Assembly: GCA_964392465.1 (NCBI GenBank)
Contig: CAYMPC010000001.1
Span: forward strand, 5,481 to 69,480
Origin: an uncultured Methanosarcinales archaeon
GTDB lineage: Archaea > Nanobdellota > Nanobdellia > Woesearchaeales > GW2011-AR15
Direction: 5' to 3'
Length of the DNA stretch: 64,000 bases
Shown piece after piece: positions 49,895-59,156 of this stretch. Numbering within the stretch: the first letter of the stretch is position 1; every line of letters begins with the position of its first letter. Below the pieces are notes generated by a model. The model was given only the letters and a program-made list of their open reading frames with translations. It did not search any database and was not told the DNA's origin. The position numbers and the translations under genes were made by a program.

Positions 49895-50065
49895 CTAATT
49901 AGGCCCAACAAAACCACAGTTTGGGCATATGTACTTTGCTACAGTTCTTCTGCATTTTTCACATCTTATTATTTCATATTTTCCGCAAGAAGGGCAAAGA
50001 AATACAGCAGAACCATGCATATTTGCAATTTTTGTTTTGCATGACATACATTTCAAATCATTCAT
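49895..50065 (-). CDS. Zn-ribbon protein (COG2888-type, translation-associated)
   Basis: Four CxxC pairs (CMSC...CPSC...CEKC...CPNC). Conserved archaeal neighbour of the EF-1beta gene. ATG 50065 preferred over TTG 50077. Confidence 0.6.
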   Translation of the reverse strand: MNDLKCMSCKTKIANMHGSAVFLCPSCGKYEIIRCEKCRRTVAKYICPNCGFVGPN

Positions 50066-50131
50066 AAATATCACCAATGCTTTGGATTTAAGCCAAATTT
50101 AAAAAGATTTTGTATTGATTTTTATTATAAA

Positions 50132-50536
50132 TCAAAGAGAAGGGATACTCTCAAATATGCTTTTCAGACCAAGCTTAAGGCTACCTTTGTCTGCAATTAG
50201 ATTATGAGTATAAGGCAATAGAGACCATTGCAGGTTTAAAGTGGGATTACAAAAAATAATCTTCAAAGAAGTATTTTTTATAAAGTCCTGCCAATGTTCA
50301 ATTAAAAAAACCAAATTTTCTTTTTTATTTAGGCAGATAATAACACTTTTTTCATTTTCTGTTTTTTTAATAACGTCTTCATTTAAGACTTCTTCAATAA
50401 AATAAATTAATTTCCCTTTGTTTTTATATTCACATTGAATAGTATTCTCTTTCATCTCTTTACCTAGAAGATCTCTTTTGAAAAAATTCAGATTATCTAT
50501 ATATGCAGAAGCCCATTCTAAAAGATCCATTTTCAT
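50132..50536 (-). CDS. hypothetical protein (last gene of MinD-like operon)
   Basis: 134 aa, no motif. Confidence 0.35.
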   Translation of the reverse strand: MKMDLLEWASAYIDNLNFFKRDLLGKEMKENTIQCEYKNKGKLIYFIEEVLNEDVIKKTENEKSVIICLNKKENLVFLIEHWQDFIKNTSLKIIFCNPTLNLQWSLLPYTHNLIADKGSLKLGLKSIFESIPSL

Positions 50537-50563
50537 CTTATTTAGCTAAATTTACTTTATTTT

Positions 50564-51076
50564 TTATTTTTTGTGTTCTTTGATCTTATAAACAAGATGT
50601 GGAGAAGAAAAAGCAATAATATAAACAACAACAGAAAGTATCGGATTGATTTTTATAACATAATTTAATCTTGAAGCAACATTTTTAGAAAGTTCAAATA
50701 CTATTAGCATTATAATTAAGGAGATTATTGGCAGAACTATGCCTGCAGAGAGATAATGTTTCTTGCTTATATCAAGATCTCTGAGTAAGTGATCAACAAG
50801 AAAACCAAAACACAAGCCAACAACACTAATAACCAATAATAAAACCCACTGCGAATTGCCAAGTATTAAAGGTAGCATTGAAAAAATTACAAAAACATTT
50901 CCAATTATAACAAAAAAAAACAAGATTATATGAAGAAATTCATCTAAAACTTTTGTTTTTTTATCTTTATTTTTTTCGCCTTTTTTTAATAAATTACTTA
51001 TCTTGACAATATGTTTGTCTTGCCACCCTTTTTTTTTAAGTGCATGGCTTATTTTTTTATGATTTGTTCGGATCAT
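50564..51076 (-). CDS. small polytopic membrane protein
   Basis: 4 TM helices. Start overlaps the MinD-like gene stop by 4 nt. Confidence 0.4.
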   Translation of the reverse strand: MIRTNHKKISHALKKKGWQDKHIVKISNLLKKGEKNKDKKTKVLDEFLHIILFFFVIIGNVFVIFSMLPLILGNSQWVLLLVISVVGLCFGFLVDHLLRDLDISKKHYLSAGIVLPIISLIIMLIVFELSKNVASRLNYVIKINPILSVVVYIIAFSSPHLVYKIKEHKK

Positions 51077-51849
51077 TTCATTCCCATACGTTTCATCATG
51101 TAATCGAACATCCCTTCTGTTTTTTCAATAGATTCGACATATTTTTCACCCAATAGTGCCGAAGCTAATTCTTTATATCCCAAAGCAGAGGGAGAATTAG
51201 GATGTGTATGAATAATAGGGTTTTTCATTTGAACAGCTTCCCTCATTGTTTCATCTTCAGGAATAACAGCAATAACAGGTGTTTCAAGCATTGCCTCTAC
51301 ATCTGCTTTGCTTAACTCAAGCTCATCTTCATACGCTCTTGTAAGTATTATACCGCTTACTTTCTTTCCAAGTTCTTTGGCTTTTTTTATTGTCCTGAGA
51401 GCATCACTTATAGCAGGCAATTCAGGAGTGGAAACAACAAGGACTTCATCACCTGTTTTAATTCCCGCAATTGTTTCTTCCCTAAGTCCTCCAGAGGTAT
51501 CAATTATGATATATTCTGCCATACCGGAAAGACTCCTTATTAAGTCTGTGAGTTTTTCATAATCTATGTTACTGTTATCTTTGAAAGCTTGGCTTGCAGG
51601 GATTATTTTTAGGCCATGTGAATGCATATATAGTGCATCTGTGATTTTTTTTCCTTTGTTTAAAACATCATGTAAAGTGATTGGCACATTTGGTGCTCCA
51701 AGATAAAGAGAAACATTTGGTGTAGATAAATTTGCATCAACAACAATTACATCCTTGCTAAAAAGAGTCAATGCGGTCCCCAAATTTAATGCTGTTGTTG
51801 TTTTTCCAACACCACCTTTACTTGAGGCAATTACAATAAATTTTGTCAT
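51073..51849 (-). CDS. minD: MinD/ParA-family P-loop ATPase (archaeal MinD-like)
   Basis: Deviant Walker A SSKGGVGKTTTALNL, and DTSGG. Confidence 0.85.
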   Translation of the reverse strand: MTKFIVIASSKGGVGKTTTALNLGTALTLFSKDVIVVDANLSTPNVSLYLGAPNVPITLHDVLNKGKKITDALYMHSHGLKIIPASQAFKDNSNIDYEKLTDLIRSLSGMAEYIIIDTSGGLREETIAGIKTGDEVLVVSTPELPAISDALRTIKKAKELGKKVSGIILTRAYEDELELSKADVEAMLETPVIAVIPEDETMREAVQMKNPIIHTHPNSPSALGYKELASALLGEKYVESIEKTEGMFDYMMKRMGMK

Positions 51850-51858
51850 TTTTTAATA

Positions 51859-52320
51859 TCAAATATTACTCCTTTTTTCAATATAATCTATAAATTCCTT
51901 TAATTCATGGAACTTTTCAGTGATATTATCTATATTTACAGTGATTACTTTACCATCAACTATAGCAGTCATTGTAACATGTCTTCTAAATTCATTTGTC
52001 TTTTCATAGCTCGCTCTTTTTAGTTTTCTTAGCATTAAATAAAATTCAATATTCTCCTTAATCTTTTTTGTATCATATAATTTCAAGACAAGTTGAACTT
52101 TAGCCAAAGGAATGTCTGGTTCTTCTGCAATTCTTCCTTCTTGAATAGCCAGTTTAATTAAGACCTCTACAAGGAATTCATAAGCATTAATCATTCTATC
52201 TATAACACTTAAAAAAACATCGACAGTTCTTGTGTATTTCAATGTGACATAAATAAGATGATCTATTCTTTTTAGTTCCTCTTTAGCGTTTTCCATTGTG
52301 TCTTTCATTTTCTTCAACAA
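51859..52320 (-). CDS. hypothetical protein, paralog A
   Basis: 153 aa. The N-terminal helix pattern K..ELKRIDHLIYVTLKYT resembles that of the next ORF. Confidence 0.4.
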   Translation of the reverse strand: MLKKMKDTMENAKEELKRIDHLIYVTLKYTRTVDVFLSVIDRMINAYEFLVEVLIKLAIQEGRIAEEPDIPLAKVQLVLKLYDTKKIKENIEFYLMLRKLKRASYEKTNEFRRHVTMTAIVDGKVITVNIDNITEKFHELKEFIDYIEKRSNI

Positions 52321-52777
52321 CCCTCATTATCTCTTGCATAAATAATTTTCCTTTTGACATATAATCTTTAATCTCTTTTACAGAGATAGTATTGAGATCA
52401 TAATCTTTTGATGCAAAAACAACCTTTTCTTTTCTCACAAACTCTACATCGGATTTTTTCTGCAAGTCCATCATTTCTTTAATTTCATTCAAAAAACCAA
52501 TATATCCTTGGCTAACGTTATGTTTTTCAAAAACATTTCTACATAATTCAACCATGGCATCATAATTCTCAGTAAAGGGAGGAATCCTTTTGTAATATCT
52601 TTCATAATTAAGAAGCATTGAGATTGTACTTTCCATTGATTCATAAATATTTTTCACAACAACTTTCAGTAGTTTTGGATCCTGGACCAAGGGGTAAGTC
52701 ATTGTAAAAATATGATCAGCCAGTTTCATCTGTTTTAGAGCATTTTCTCTAAGCTCTTCATATCTTTCTTTTTCCAT
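52283..52777 (-). CDS. hypothetical protein, paralog B
   Basis: 164 aa. N-terminal ALKQMKLADHIFTMTYP resembles paralog A. Confidence 0.4.
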   Translation of the reverse strand: MEKERYEELRENALKQMKLADHIFTMTYPLVQDPKLLKVVVKNIYESMESTISMLLNYERYYKRIPPFTENYDAMVELCRNVFEKHNVSQGYIGFLNEIKEMMDLQKKSDVEFVRKEKVVFASKDYDLNTISVKEIKDYMSKGKLFMQEIMRVVEENERHNGKR

Positions 52778-52810
52778 TAGATTAGGTAAGACTCCTTTAA
52801 TATAAATATT

Positions 52811-53155
52811 TCACTCTTTTTTTAAATCTATAATAGCAGCTGCCAAATCTCCTTTGTGCTTTTTTAATGAAGCGATTGCTTCTTCTTTTGAAACATTAGT
52901 TTGCTCCACTACTGTATTTATATCATCTTCATTTATTTCAGGTTCTTCCTCTTCTAGAGGTCTATGCTCTTCTTCACCAGAAACTTGATAAGATTCCTGA
53001 CCCATCATATTAACTTTTTGAACAGAAGGATTTCTTATTATTATATCTTCATTTTTTGTCCTTATAATAACTGCAATGGCTTGAACTTCTTCTTGTTTCA
53101 TCCCAAGCTTTTTCATTGCTTGCTGCATTTGTCTTGGATTCATTCCTGGTAACAT
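52811..53155 (-). CDS. nac: nascent polypeptide-associated complex protein (NAC alpha, NAC + UBA domains)
   Basis: MNPRQMQQAMKKLGM N-terminus, NAC beta-barrel region, C-terminal UBA-like segment (EEAIASLKKHKGDLAAAIIDL). Confidence 0.8.
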   Translation of the reverse strand: MLPGMNPRQMQQAMKKLGMKQEEVQAIAVIIRTKNEDIIIRNPSVQKVNMMGQESYQVSGEEEHRPLEEEEPEINEDDINTVVEQTNVSKEEAIASLKKHKGDLAAAIIDLKKE

Positions 53156-53189
53156 TGTATAATTGCAAAATAAAAGAAATTTAAAAAGA

Positions 53190-54314
53190 TTATGAAAAGA
53201 GCAAGGTTAATTCCTCTAAAGAGAAATATTTTAGATATCTTAATAAAAAAGGATTGGTAATTCCAATTTTTAATATCATTCTTGTTACTTTATCTCTACT
53301 CTCATCATACAATATTTTTTTCATTTTTTCATTAGAAAAAATCTCAATGAGCTTATTCCAGTCTTTTTCATTAAACCTTTTCATTATATTATGAAGAACT
53401 AAATGCATTTTCAGTTCAAAGAACATATATTTTCTAACTTCTTTGTTATAATCTTTTTTCTCTTCAATACAGTTAGCCAAAAGAGTTGCGGCTTTTAAGC
53501 TTTGATTAATGCCTCCTCCTGAAGTAGCCTTCACTAAAGCTCCAGCATCTCCTATTAAATATATATTATCTTGTTGAAGTTTAAGTTTAGGGTTGAAAAC
53601 AGGGATTATACCAGATTGATTCTCAATTATCTTTTTTTTGTAATTTTTTCCAATTTTTCTTTCTATGAATCCTCTAAATAATTTTGGCGAGTTTTTGTAT
53701 GCGCTTACCCCAATTCTTACAACTTTTTTATTTATAGGTATAATCCAGGCATAACATCCTATATAAGGATAAAACTCAACAACCTTGTCATTTTCTAAAT
53801 ATGCTTGTACTTGCGTTCCAACAACATATTCTCTTTTTTCAAAAAGCCCTGCTGCTTTTGCAACAGGACTTAAGGGACCATCTGCACCTATCAAAACATC
53901 ACATTTATAAAAAACAGTTTTTCCATTATTATTTAGTTCAATTAGAATTGTTTTACCCCCTCTTGAAAATCTTTTGAAACTATGATTTTGAAAATATTTG
54001 ACTCCTTGCTTTTTTGCCAACTCTGCCAAATAATTATCAAACTTATATCTTGAAATTATATAATTCTTTTTTATTTTTGTTTCAACATATTTTCCATTTG
54101 GAGAATATATCCTTGTTCTTTCTATGGTGTTTTCTATGAACTCTTTTTTTGGTTTTATAAAATTCAGGAAATACTCACTCAATATACCGCTGCATTGAAT
54201 AGGTCTGCCAATCTCTTTTTTTTTTTCAAAAACAAAAACAGAATGCCCTTTTTTTGCTAGTAAATAAGCACTATAATTACCAGCTGGTCCTGCTCCAATT
54301 ATGCAAACTTTCAT
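53190..54314 (-). CDS. geranylgeranyl reductase-family FAD-dependent oxidoreductase
   Basis: KVCIIGAGPAG dinucleotide fold, GDAAG-like GDAGALV. ATG 54314 chosen (track ORF begins earlier). Confidence 0.8.
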   Translation of the reverse strand: MKVCIIGAGPAGNYSAYLLAKKGHSVFVFEKKKEIGRPIQCSGILSEYFLNFIKPKKEFIENTIERTRIYSPNGKYVETKIKKNYIISRYKFDNYLAELAKKQGVKYFQNHSFKRFSRGGKTILIELNNNGKTVFYKCDVLIGADGPLSPVAKAAGLFEKREYVVGTQVQAYLENDKVVEFYPYIGCYAWIIPINKKVVRIGVSAYKNSPKLFRGFIERKIGKNYKKKIIENQSGIIPVFNPKLKLQQDNIYLIGDAGALVKATSGGGINQSLKAATLLANCIEEKKDYNKEVRKYMFFELKMHLVLHNIMKRFNEKDWNKLIEIFSNEKMKKILYDESRDKVTRMILKIGITNPFLLRYLKYFSLEELTLLFS

Positions 54315-54460
54315 ATAATTTAAAGGGAATTTCTTATATTTATAAATATAGTTACTACTTTTTAATAATAAAAAACAAAACATTTATATACTACCTTTAG
54401 TTACTTATTAGTAGTTAAAATAGTTTTACACTTAGAGTTATATAAAAAAAGGTAAAAAAG

Positions 54461-56602
54461 ATGAAAAAAAACATATTTTCCTTAACCTTAATTGCTTTAT
54501 TTGTTTTCATAGTAATTTCAATAATAGATGTTTCTGCGACAGGATGTTACATCAACTGGAATGGAGGAAATCCAGGATGTAGAGCAGTTAGTAGCTGGGG
54601 CAATAATGTAGATATAAACCAATTAGTAAGAAATGCTGCTAATAACAACCCAGGTGTAGCATATATGGGTTGGTGTCCTTATGATGGGGCAACTCCTTAT
54701 GTCAGAGAGGTGATAGCAGCATGTGATTGCCCAAACTTAAATCCAAGTCCAGGACAATGCCAATCAAGTACATGTGGGGCATGTGGTAACCCAGTAACAA
54801 AATGCTCCACAGAACCAGCTCCTTATTGTGGAGATGGAAAAACTAATCAAGCATCAGAGGAATGCGATGATGGCAATTCTAATAATAATGATGCATGCCT
54901 TAATAACTGCAAGAAAGCAAAATGTGGGGATTCTTATATATGGACGGGAAAAGAAATATGCGAATTACCTAGTACTAATAATAATAGAAACTGTCCACAG
55001 CAAACAACAACCTGCTCTGGAAAAAAGACAGGAGTAAGAGATGCATATGGCAATTGTGATTCCGCATGTGGATGTGTTTTAGATTCATTTGATTATCAAT
55101 GTATAAAAGGATCATGCAATGCAGAATGTTCTGCAGATACAGATTGTAATGATCAAAATCCAAAAACACAGGATCTTTGTAATATTAATTGTGGGTGTGA
55201 GTATACACCAATATGTACAGATGAATGCTCTTTAGGAGAGACTAAATGTGTGGGAAATAAGATATATTCATGCGGTGATTATGATTCAGATCCTTGCTTG
55301 GAATGGGGATTTGAGGAAGATTGCTACTATAGGCAAGAAGGCCCAATTTATTACCAATGTGAGAATGGTTTTTCAGCAAGCTACAAAAATGTTGAAGAAG
55401 GATTTTGTAAGGACGTTTATGGTTATAATGATTATTGCGATTCAAAAATAGACAAAGTGCTTATTGATAAGATAAATTGTGGAATAACATATTGCACAAC
55501 AGAAGATAAGTGTTATGATGAAGACATATTTACTGTTGAGAAATGTACTTTAAAAGGTTGTGAAGTCTCCTCTGGAAGATGTTATGCAGAAGAGATTATT
55601 AATTTAAATTTAAAAGAGAGATGCGGCCCTGATTCTTGTATTTCATATACAGAATTAGACATATTCACTTTAGAGTATGTTGATGATTTAGAAAGCTGTG
55701 TTGAAAATGGAAATACATATTGTGCATTAGATCCAGGAAGAATATATGATACATGTATTAATGAAAATCTCCTTAATCAAGTATATTGTCAAGGCAATGA
55801 TAATGCTTTTGAGATTTTTGATTGTTCAAGCTTAACAGGTTGCTATGAGTTTAATTATTCACAATGTTTTTACTGCCCAGACGATTATGGTAATTGTTAT
55901 GAAAAAAACTGTACAAGAAAAGGAGAAGAATATAGAGAATATGGTTGTGGAAATGGAAAATGCTTTTATTCAGTTAACTGGATTGATGTAGATGAAGATA
56001 AAATAGATGATAGATGTGACTCTTGCATTGATGTAGACAAAGACGGGATATGTGACCAATTAGATAATTGTCCTTTTGTTTATAATCCAAATCAAATAGA
56101 TAATGATAAAGATGGAAGTGGAGATGCCTGCGATAATGATATAGACGGAGACGGATATCCCTCAGATATAGATTGTAATGATTGGAATCCAAATATTTAT
56201 CCAGGGGCAAAAGAAATATTAAATAACGGATTGGATGATGATTGTAATCCAAAAACTTTAGATAGGATAGCTAACACACCAAGGCAAGCAATTCAAATAG
56301 ATGTTCAGACAAGCGATGAACAAAACTTTAATCCTGGAGAAATAATGACAGTAATAGTTGCCGTATCAAATAATGGAGAAGAGACTCTCAAAAATTTACA
56401 ATTATCAGTCTCATTACCAAATTTACAGGAAAATAGTGTTAAATTAATAAGAACCCTTGATTCAGGGGATACAACAGTTAGGATATTTAGTATAAACCTA
56501 CCTTATGATTTTAAGACTCATTATGAATATTTAAGGGTTAGTGTTGGTAATGATCAATATAAAAGAACAATATATAGAGAGATTTTATTAACAACTAAAT
56601 AG
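54461..56602 (+). CDS. secreted cysteine-rich adhesin-like protein (Myxococcus-type Cys-rich repeat, thrombospondin-type-3-like Ca-binding repeats, C-terminal CARDB-like domain)
   Basis: Signal peptide. CGDGKTNQASEECDDGNSNNNDACLNNC matches the CxDG...ECDDGN...C repeat. DNCPFVYNPNQIDNDKDGSGDACDNDIDGDGYPSDIDCNDWNPN are TSP3-type DxDxDG repeats. The C-terminal NPGEIMTVIVAVSNNGEE... is CARDB-like. About 60 Cys. Confidence 0.7.
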   Translation: MKKNIFSLTLIALFVFIVISIIDVSATGCYINWNGGNPGCRAVSSWGNNVDINQLVRNAANNNPGVAYMGWCPYDGATPYVREVIAACDCPNLNPSPGQCQSSTCGACGNPVTKCSTEPAPYCGDGKTNQASEECDDGNSNNNDACLNNCKKAKCGDSYIWTGKEICELPSTNNNRNCPQQTTTCSGKKTGVRDAYGNCDSACGCVLDSFDYQCIKGSCNAECSADTDCNDQNPKTQDLCNINCGCEYTPICTDECSLGETKCVGNKIYSCGDYDSDPCLEWGFEEDCYYRQEGPIYYQCENGFSASYKNVEEGFCKDVYGYNDYCDSKIDKVLIDKINCGITYCTTEDKCYDEDIFTVEKCTLKGCEVSSGRCYAEEIINLNLKERCGPDSCISYTELDIFTLEYVDDLESCVENGNTYCALDPGRIYDTCINENLLNQVYCQGNDNAFEIFDCSSLTGCYEFNYSQCFYCPDDYGNCYEKNCTRKGEEYREYGCGNGKCFYSVNWIDVDEDKIDDRCDSCIDVDKDGICDQLDNCPFVYNPNQIDNDKDGSGDACDNDIDGDGYPSDIDCNDWNPNIYPGAKEILNNGLDDDCNPKTLDRIANTPRQAIQIDVQTSDEQNFNPGEIMTVIVAVSNNGEETLKNLQLSVSLPNLQENSVKLIRTLDSGDTTVRIFSINLPYDFKTHYEYLRVSVGNDQYKRTIYREILLTTK

Positions 56603-56813
56603 TAGTAAAAATAGAAAGATTTAAATACTAGTAATAATAACTATCGTATTATAGTGACATACTAGTTTCACTTTATAATAATAATATCAGAAACCTTTAA
56701 ATATTAGATAAAAGTAATTAACCTTAACAAATAATACATAAACAAGTTAAGAAAGGTTTCGGGGAAAAATTCAGATTCGACAGATTAGAATCAATAAATA
56801 AGGAGGAATAAAA

Positions 56814-58190
56814 ATGAATAAGAAAATAATGGCATTGATGGGACTATTTTTGATAGTTCTGAGTTTAGGATCTGCATTTGCAACTACAGATTGTGTAGAT
56901 TGCTGTGATGGAGGTCCTTGTACAGGAGATGAAGCAAATACACCTACACTGGACATTGATGAATGCCTAGTAAGGATAAATGATAGAGCAGTAAAGAACG
57001 ATGTTACTGTTTTGAAAGCTTTTGAAAGAGGCCAAGACCTTGAAATTAAAGTAGAATTTGTCTCATACCAAAGCGCAGATGATGTTCAGGTTATGGCATT
57101 CATAACAGGATATCACAGAGGAACAAAATATAGAGATCAAATATTTGATATAACCTCAACATTTGATGTCAAAGAAGATGTTTCTTATGAAAAAGTTCTT
57201 AACTTAAGATTGCCAGATGATTTTAAATTAAGTTCTGGTGATGAATTAAAATTAAGAATCGAAATCTCAGATAAGTATTCTCACAGCTTTATAAGAGAAT
57301 ATAATTTAAAAGTTGAAGCACCTGAAAATAGCGTTATAATCCAAGATATTGTTTTAGATCCAGCAGATAAAGTTCAGGCAGGAAGAGGATTATTTGCTAA
57401 TGTCAGAATAAAAAATATGGGAGACGGATCAGAAGAGAGCATAAAAGTAACAGTTGCTATTCCAACTTTGTCTTTGAAAGCAACAGAATACATTGATGAA
57501 TTAGAGTCAGATGAAGCTACAACATCAGAAGATATGTTCTTAAGAATCCCAGCATGTGCAGAGCCAGGAGATTATGTTGTCAAGGCAACAGTTGAATATG
57601 CAGATGGGGATGAAGTTGTTACAAAACAGACAACAATCCAAATATTGGAAGATGAAACCTGCCAAATAAGTACTCCTAGTACAGGAAATGATGACAAAAC
57701 AGTTGTTACAGTTCCAGGAAAGCAAGATGTAATAAAAGGAACAACAGGAACAGTATATCCAATCATCTTGGAAAATAACGGAGTTACTGATAGAGCATAT
57801 CAATTATCAGCAAGCGGTCTTGACGCTTGGGCAACATACAGGTTTGATCCAGGAGCTCTTGTTTTGATAAAAGCAGGAGAGACACAGACAGCTTACTTAT
57901 ATGTTACACCAAAAGAAGATGCACAGACAGGAGAGAAAGTGTTTATGGTAACAGTTGAGACAGCAGGAGATAAAAAACAGATAGCATTGACAGCAAACAT
58001 AATAGAAGGCCAAACACAATCACCTCTAGGAGATGTTGATTTAGGAAGCTTGAGACAAGGATTGACAATCGGTTTAATAGTTTTGGTTGTCTTGCTAGTT
58101 GTCCTAGGCCTAGTAATTGGGTTTAACAAGCTCAAAGGAAATGAAAACGAGAAAGAGCCTGAAGAAATATCAGGACAGACATATTATTAA
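56814..58190 (+). CDS. surface (S-layer-like) protein with signal peptide, Ig/CARDB-like repeats and C-terminal TM anchor
   Basis: Signal peptide MNKKIMALMGLFLIVLSLGSAFA, CVDCCDGGPC cluster, repeated beta-rich domains, C-terminal TM LTIGLIVLVVLLVVLGLVIGF + charged tail. AGGAGG ribosome-binding site 8 nt upstream and a 210-nt upstream region. Confidence 0.65.
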   Translation: MNKKIMALMGLFLIVLSLGSAFATTDCVDCCDGGPCTGDEANTPTLDIDECLVRINDRAVKNDVTVLKAFERGQDLEIKVEFVSYQSADDVQVMAFITGYHRGTKYRDQIFDITSTFDVKEDVSYEKVLNLRLPDDFKLSSGDELKLRIEISDKYSHSFIREYNLKVEAPENSVIIQDIVLDPADKVQAGRGLFANVRIKNMGDGSEESIKVTVAIPTLSLKATEYIDELESDEATTSEDMFLRIPACAEPGDYVVKATVEYADGDEVVTKQTTIQILEDETCQISTPSTGNDDKTVVTVPGKQDVIKGTTGTVYPIILENNGVTDRAYQLSASGLDAWATYRFDPGALVLIKAGETQTAYLYVTPKEDAQTGEKVFMVTVETAGDKKQIALTANIIEGQTQSPLGDVDLGSLRQGLTIGLIVLVVLLVVLGLVIGFNKLKGNENEKEPEEISGQTYY

Positions 58191-58254
58191 TTTTATTTTT
58201 TAATTTAGTTTTATTTATTATTTTTTATAAATAACAAGCAAAAGGCGATATATA

Positions 58255-59142
58255 ATGAATCCTAAAAATCAAATCATATTCCTTGTATCACTTTTTTCAA
58301 TATTAATCCTTTTACCTTTTTCATTAGCAGAGATTGTAATTCAAACAACTGGAACAGCTTCCGGTTTATCTAATGTAGAAAACTCTACATCAGGAAGTTT
58401 GGATACACATACTTTTGTTGTAAACAGATATTATCCTTCAACACCAACACAGCCACAGCAACAAACAATTCAAACATCCCTTATGATTCAGCAGATTGTT
58501 TCAGAAGCACAAATAATTCAATGCAATGAAGCAAATTTCTCTTTTAAAATAACAAACCCAAGTAGTTTATCAGAGATTTATTCTTTTTCAATAAAAGACT
58601 TTTCGGGAACAGGATATATAACTCCAAATCTGCAGCTTGCATCTAAAGAGACAAAAATAGTATACTATAAATTAGTTCCAGACTGTTCTTTGACAGGCAC
58701 TATTAATCCAAGAATATATGTTGAGACACAAAACAGCAATGAAGAAGCAGAAATTCCGGTTATATTGAAGATAGATCCAGGAAACTTTATTGGTCAAAGC
58801 GAATGTTCTTATTATTATAATACAACAATCTGTGAATCAAACTATTATGTTAAGTTTAATGAAGACACAACCTATAAGATAGATTTATCCAAATGGTTTT
58901 ATGATCCTGATGGAGACAAATTAATATATAGCGCAAAAGAAGGAGTAAACCTTAATATAAATATTAAAGGATCTATTGCTTATTTAAAACCAACAAGAGA
59001 CTGGTTTGGCAAAGAAGAGATTGTTTTCTATGCGACAGATGAAAAAGGAGGAGAAGCTATTTCAAGGAAATTCTTTGTTCATGTAGTAGATACAGAAGAA
59101 AAGGGATTTTTTGCAAAATTATTCTCTAGTTTATTTGGTTAG
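58255..59142 (+). CDS. secreted protein with cadherin-like (DPDGD) C-terminal domain
   Basis: Signal peptide, N-glycosylation sequons, WFYDPDGDKLIYS motif. Confidence 0.45.
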   Translation: MNPKNQIIFLVSLFSILILLPFSLAEIVIQTTGTASGLSNVENSTSGSLDTHTFVVNRYYPSTPTQPQQQTIQTSLMIQQIVSEAQIIQCNEANFSFKITNPSSLSEIYSFSIKDFSGTGYITPNLQLASKETKIVYYKLVPDCSLTGTINPRIYVETQNSNEEAEIPVILKIDPGNFIGQSECSYYYNTTICESNYYVKFNEDTTYKIDLSKWFYDPDGDKLIYSAKEGVNLNINIKGSIAYLKPTRDWFGKEEIVFYATDEKGGEAISRKFFVHVVDTEEKGFFAKLFSSLFG

Positions 59143-59156
59143 AATTAATATACCTT

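Noticed and set aside
54828-55451. Small ORFs on both strands inside the Cys-rich secreted protein gene
   Set aside because: They are nested in a long ORF with coherent repeat-domain architecture. They are products of the Cys/Asn-rich codon composition.
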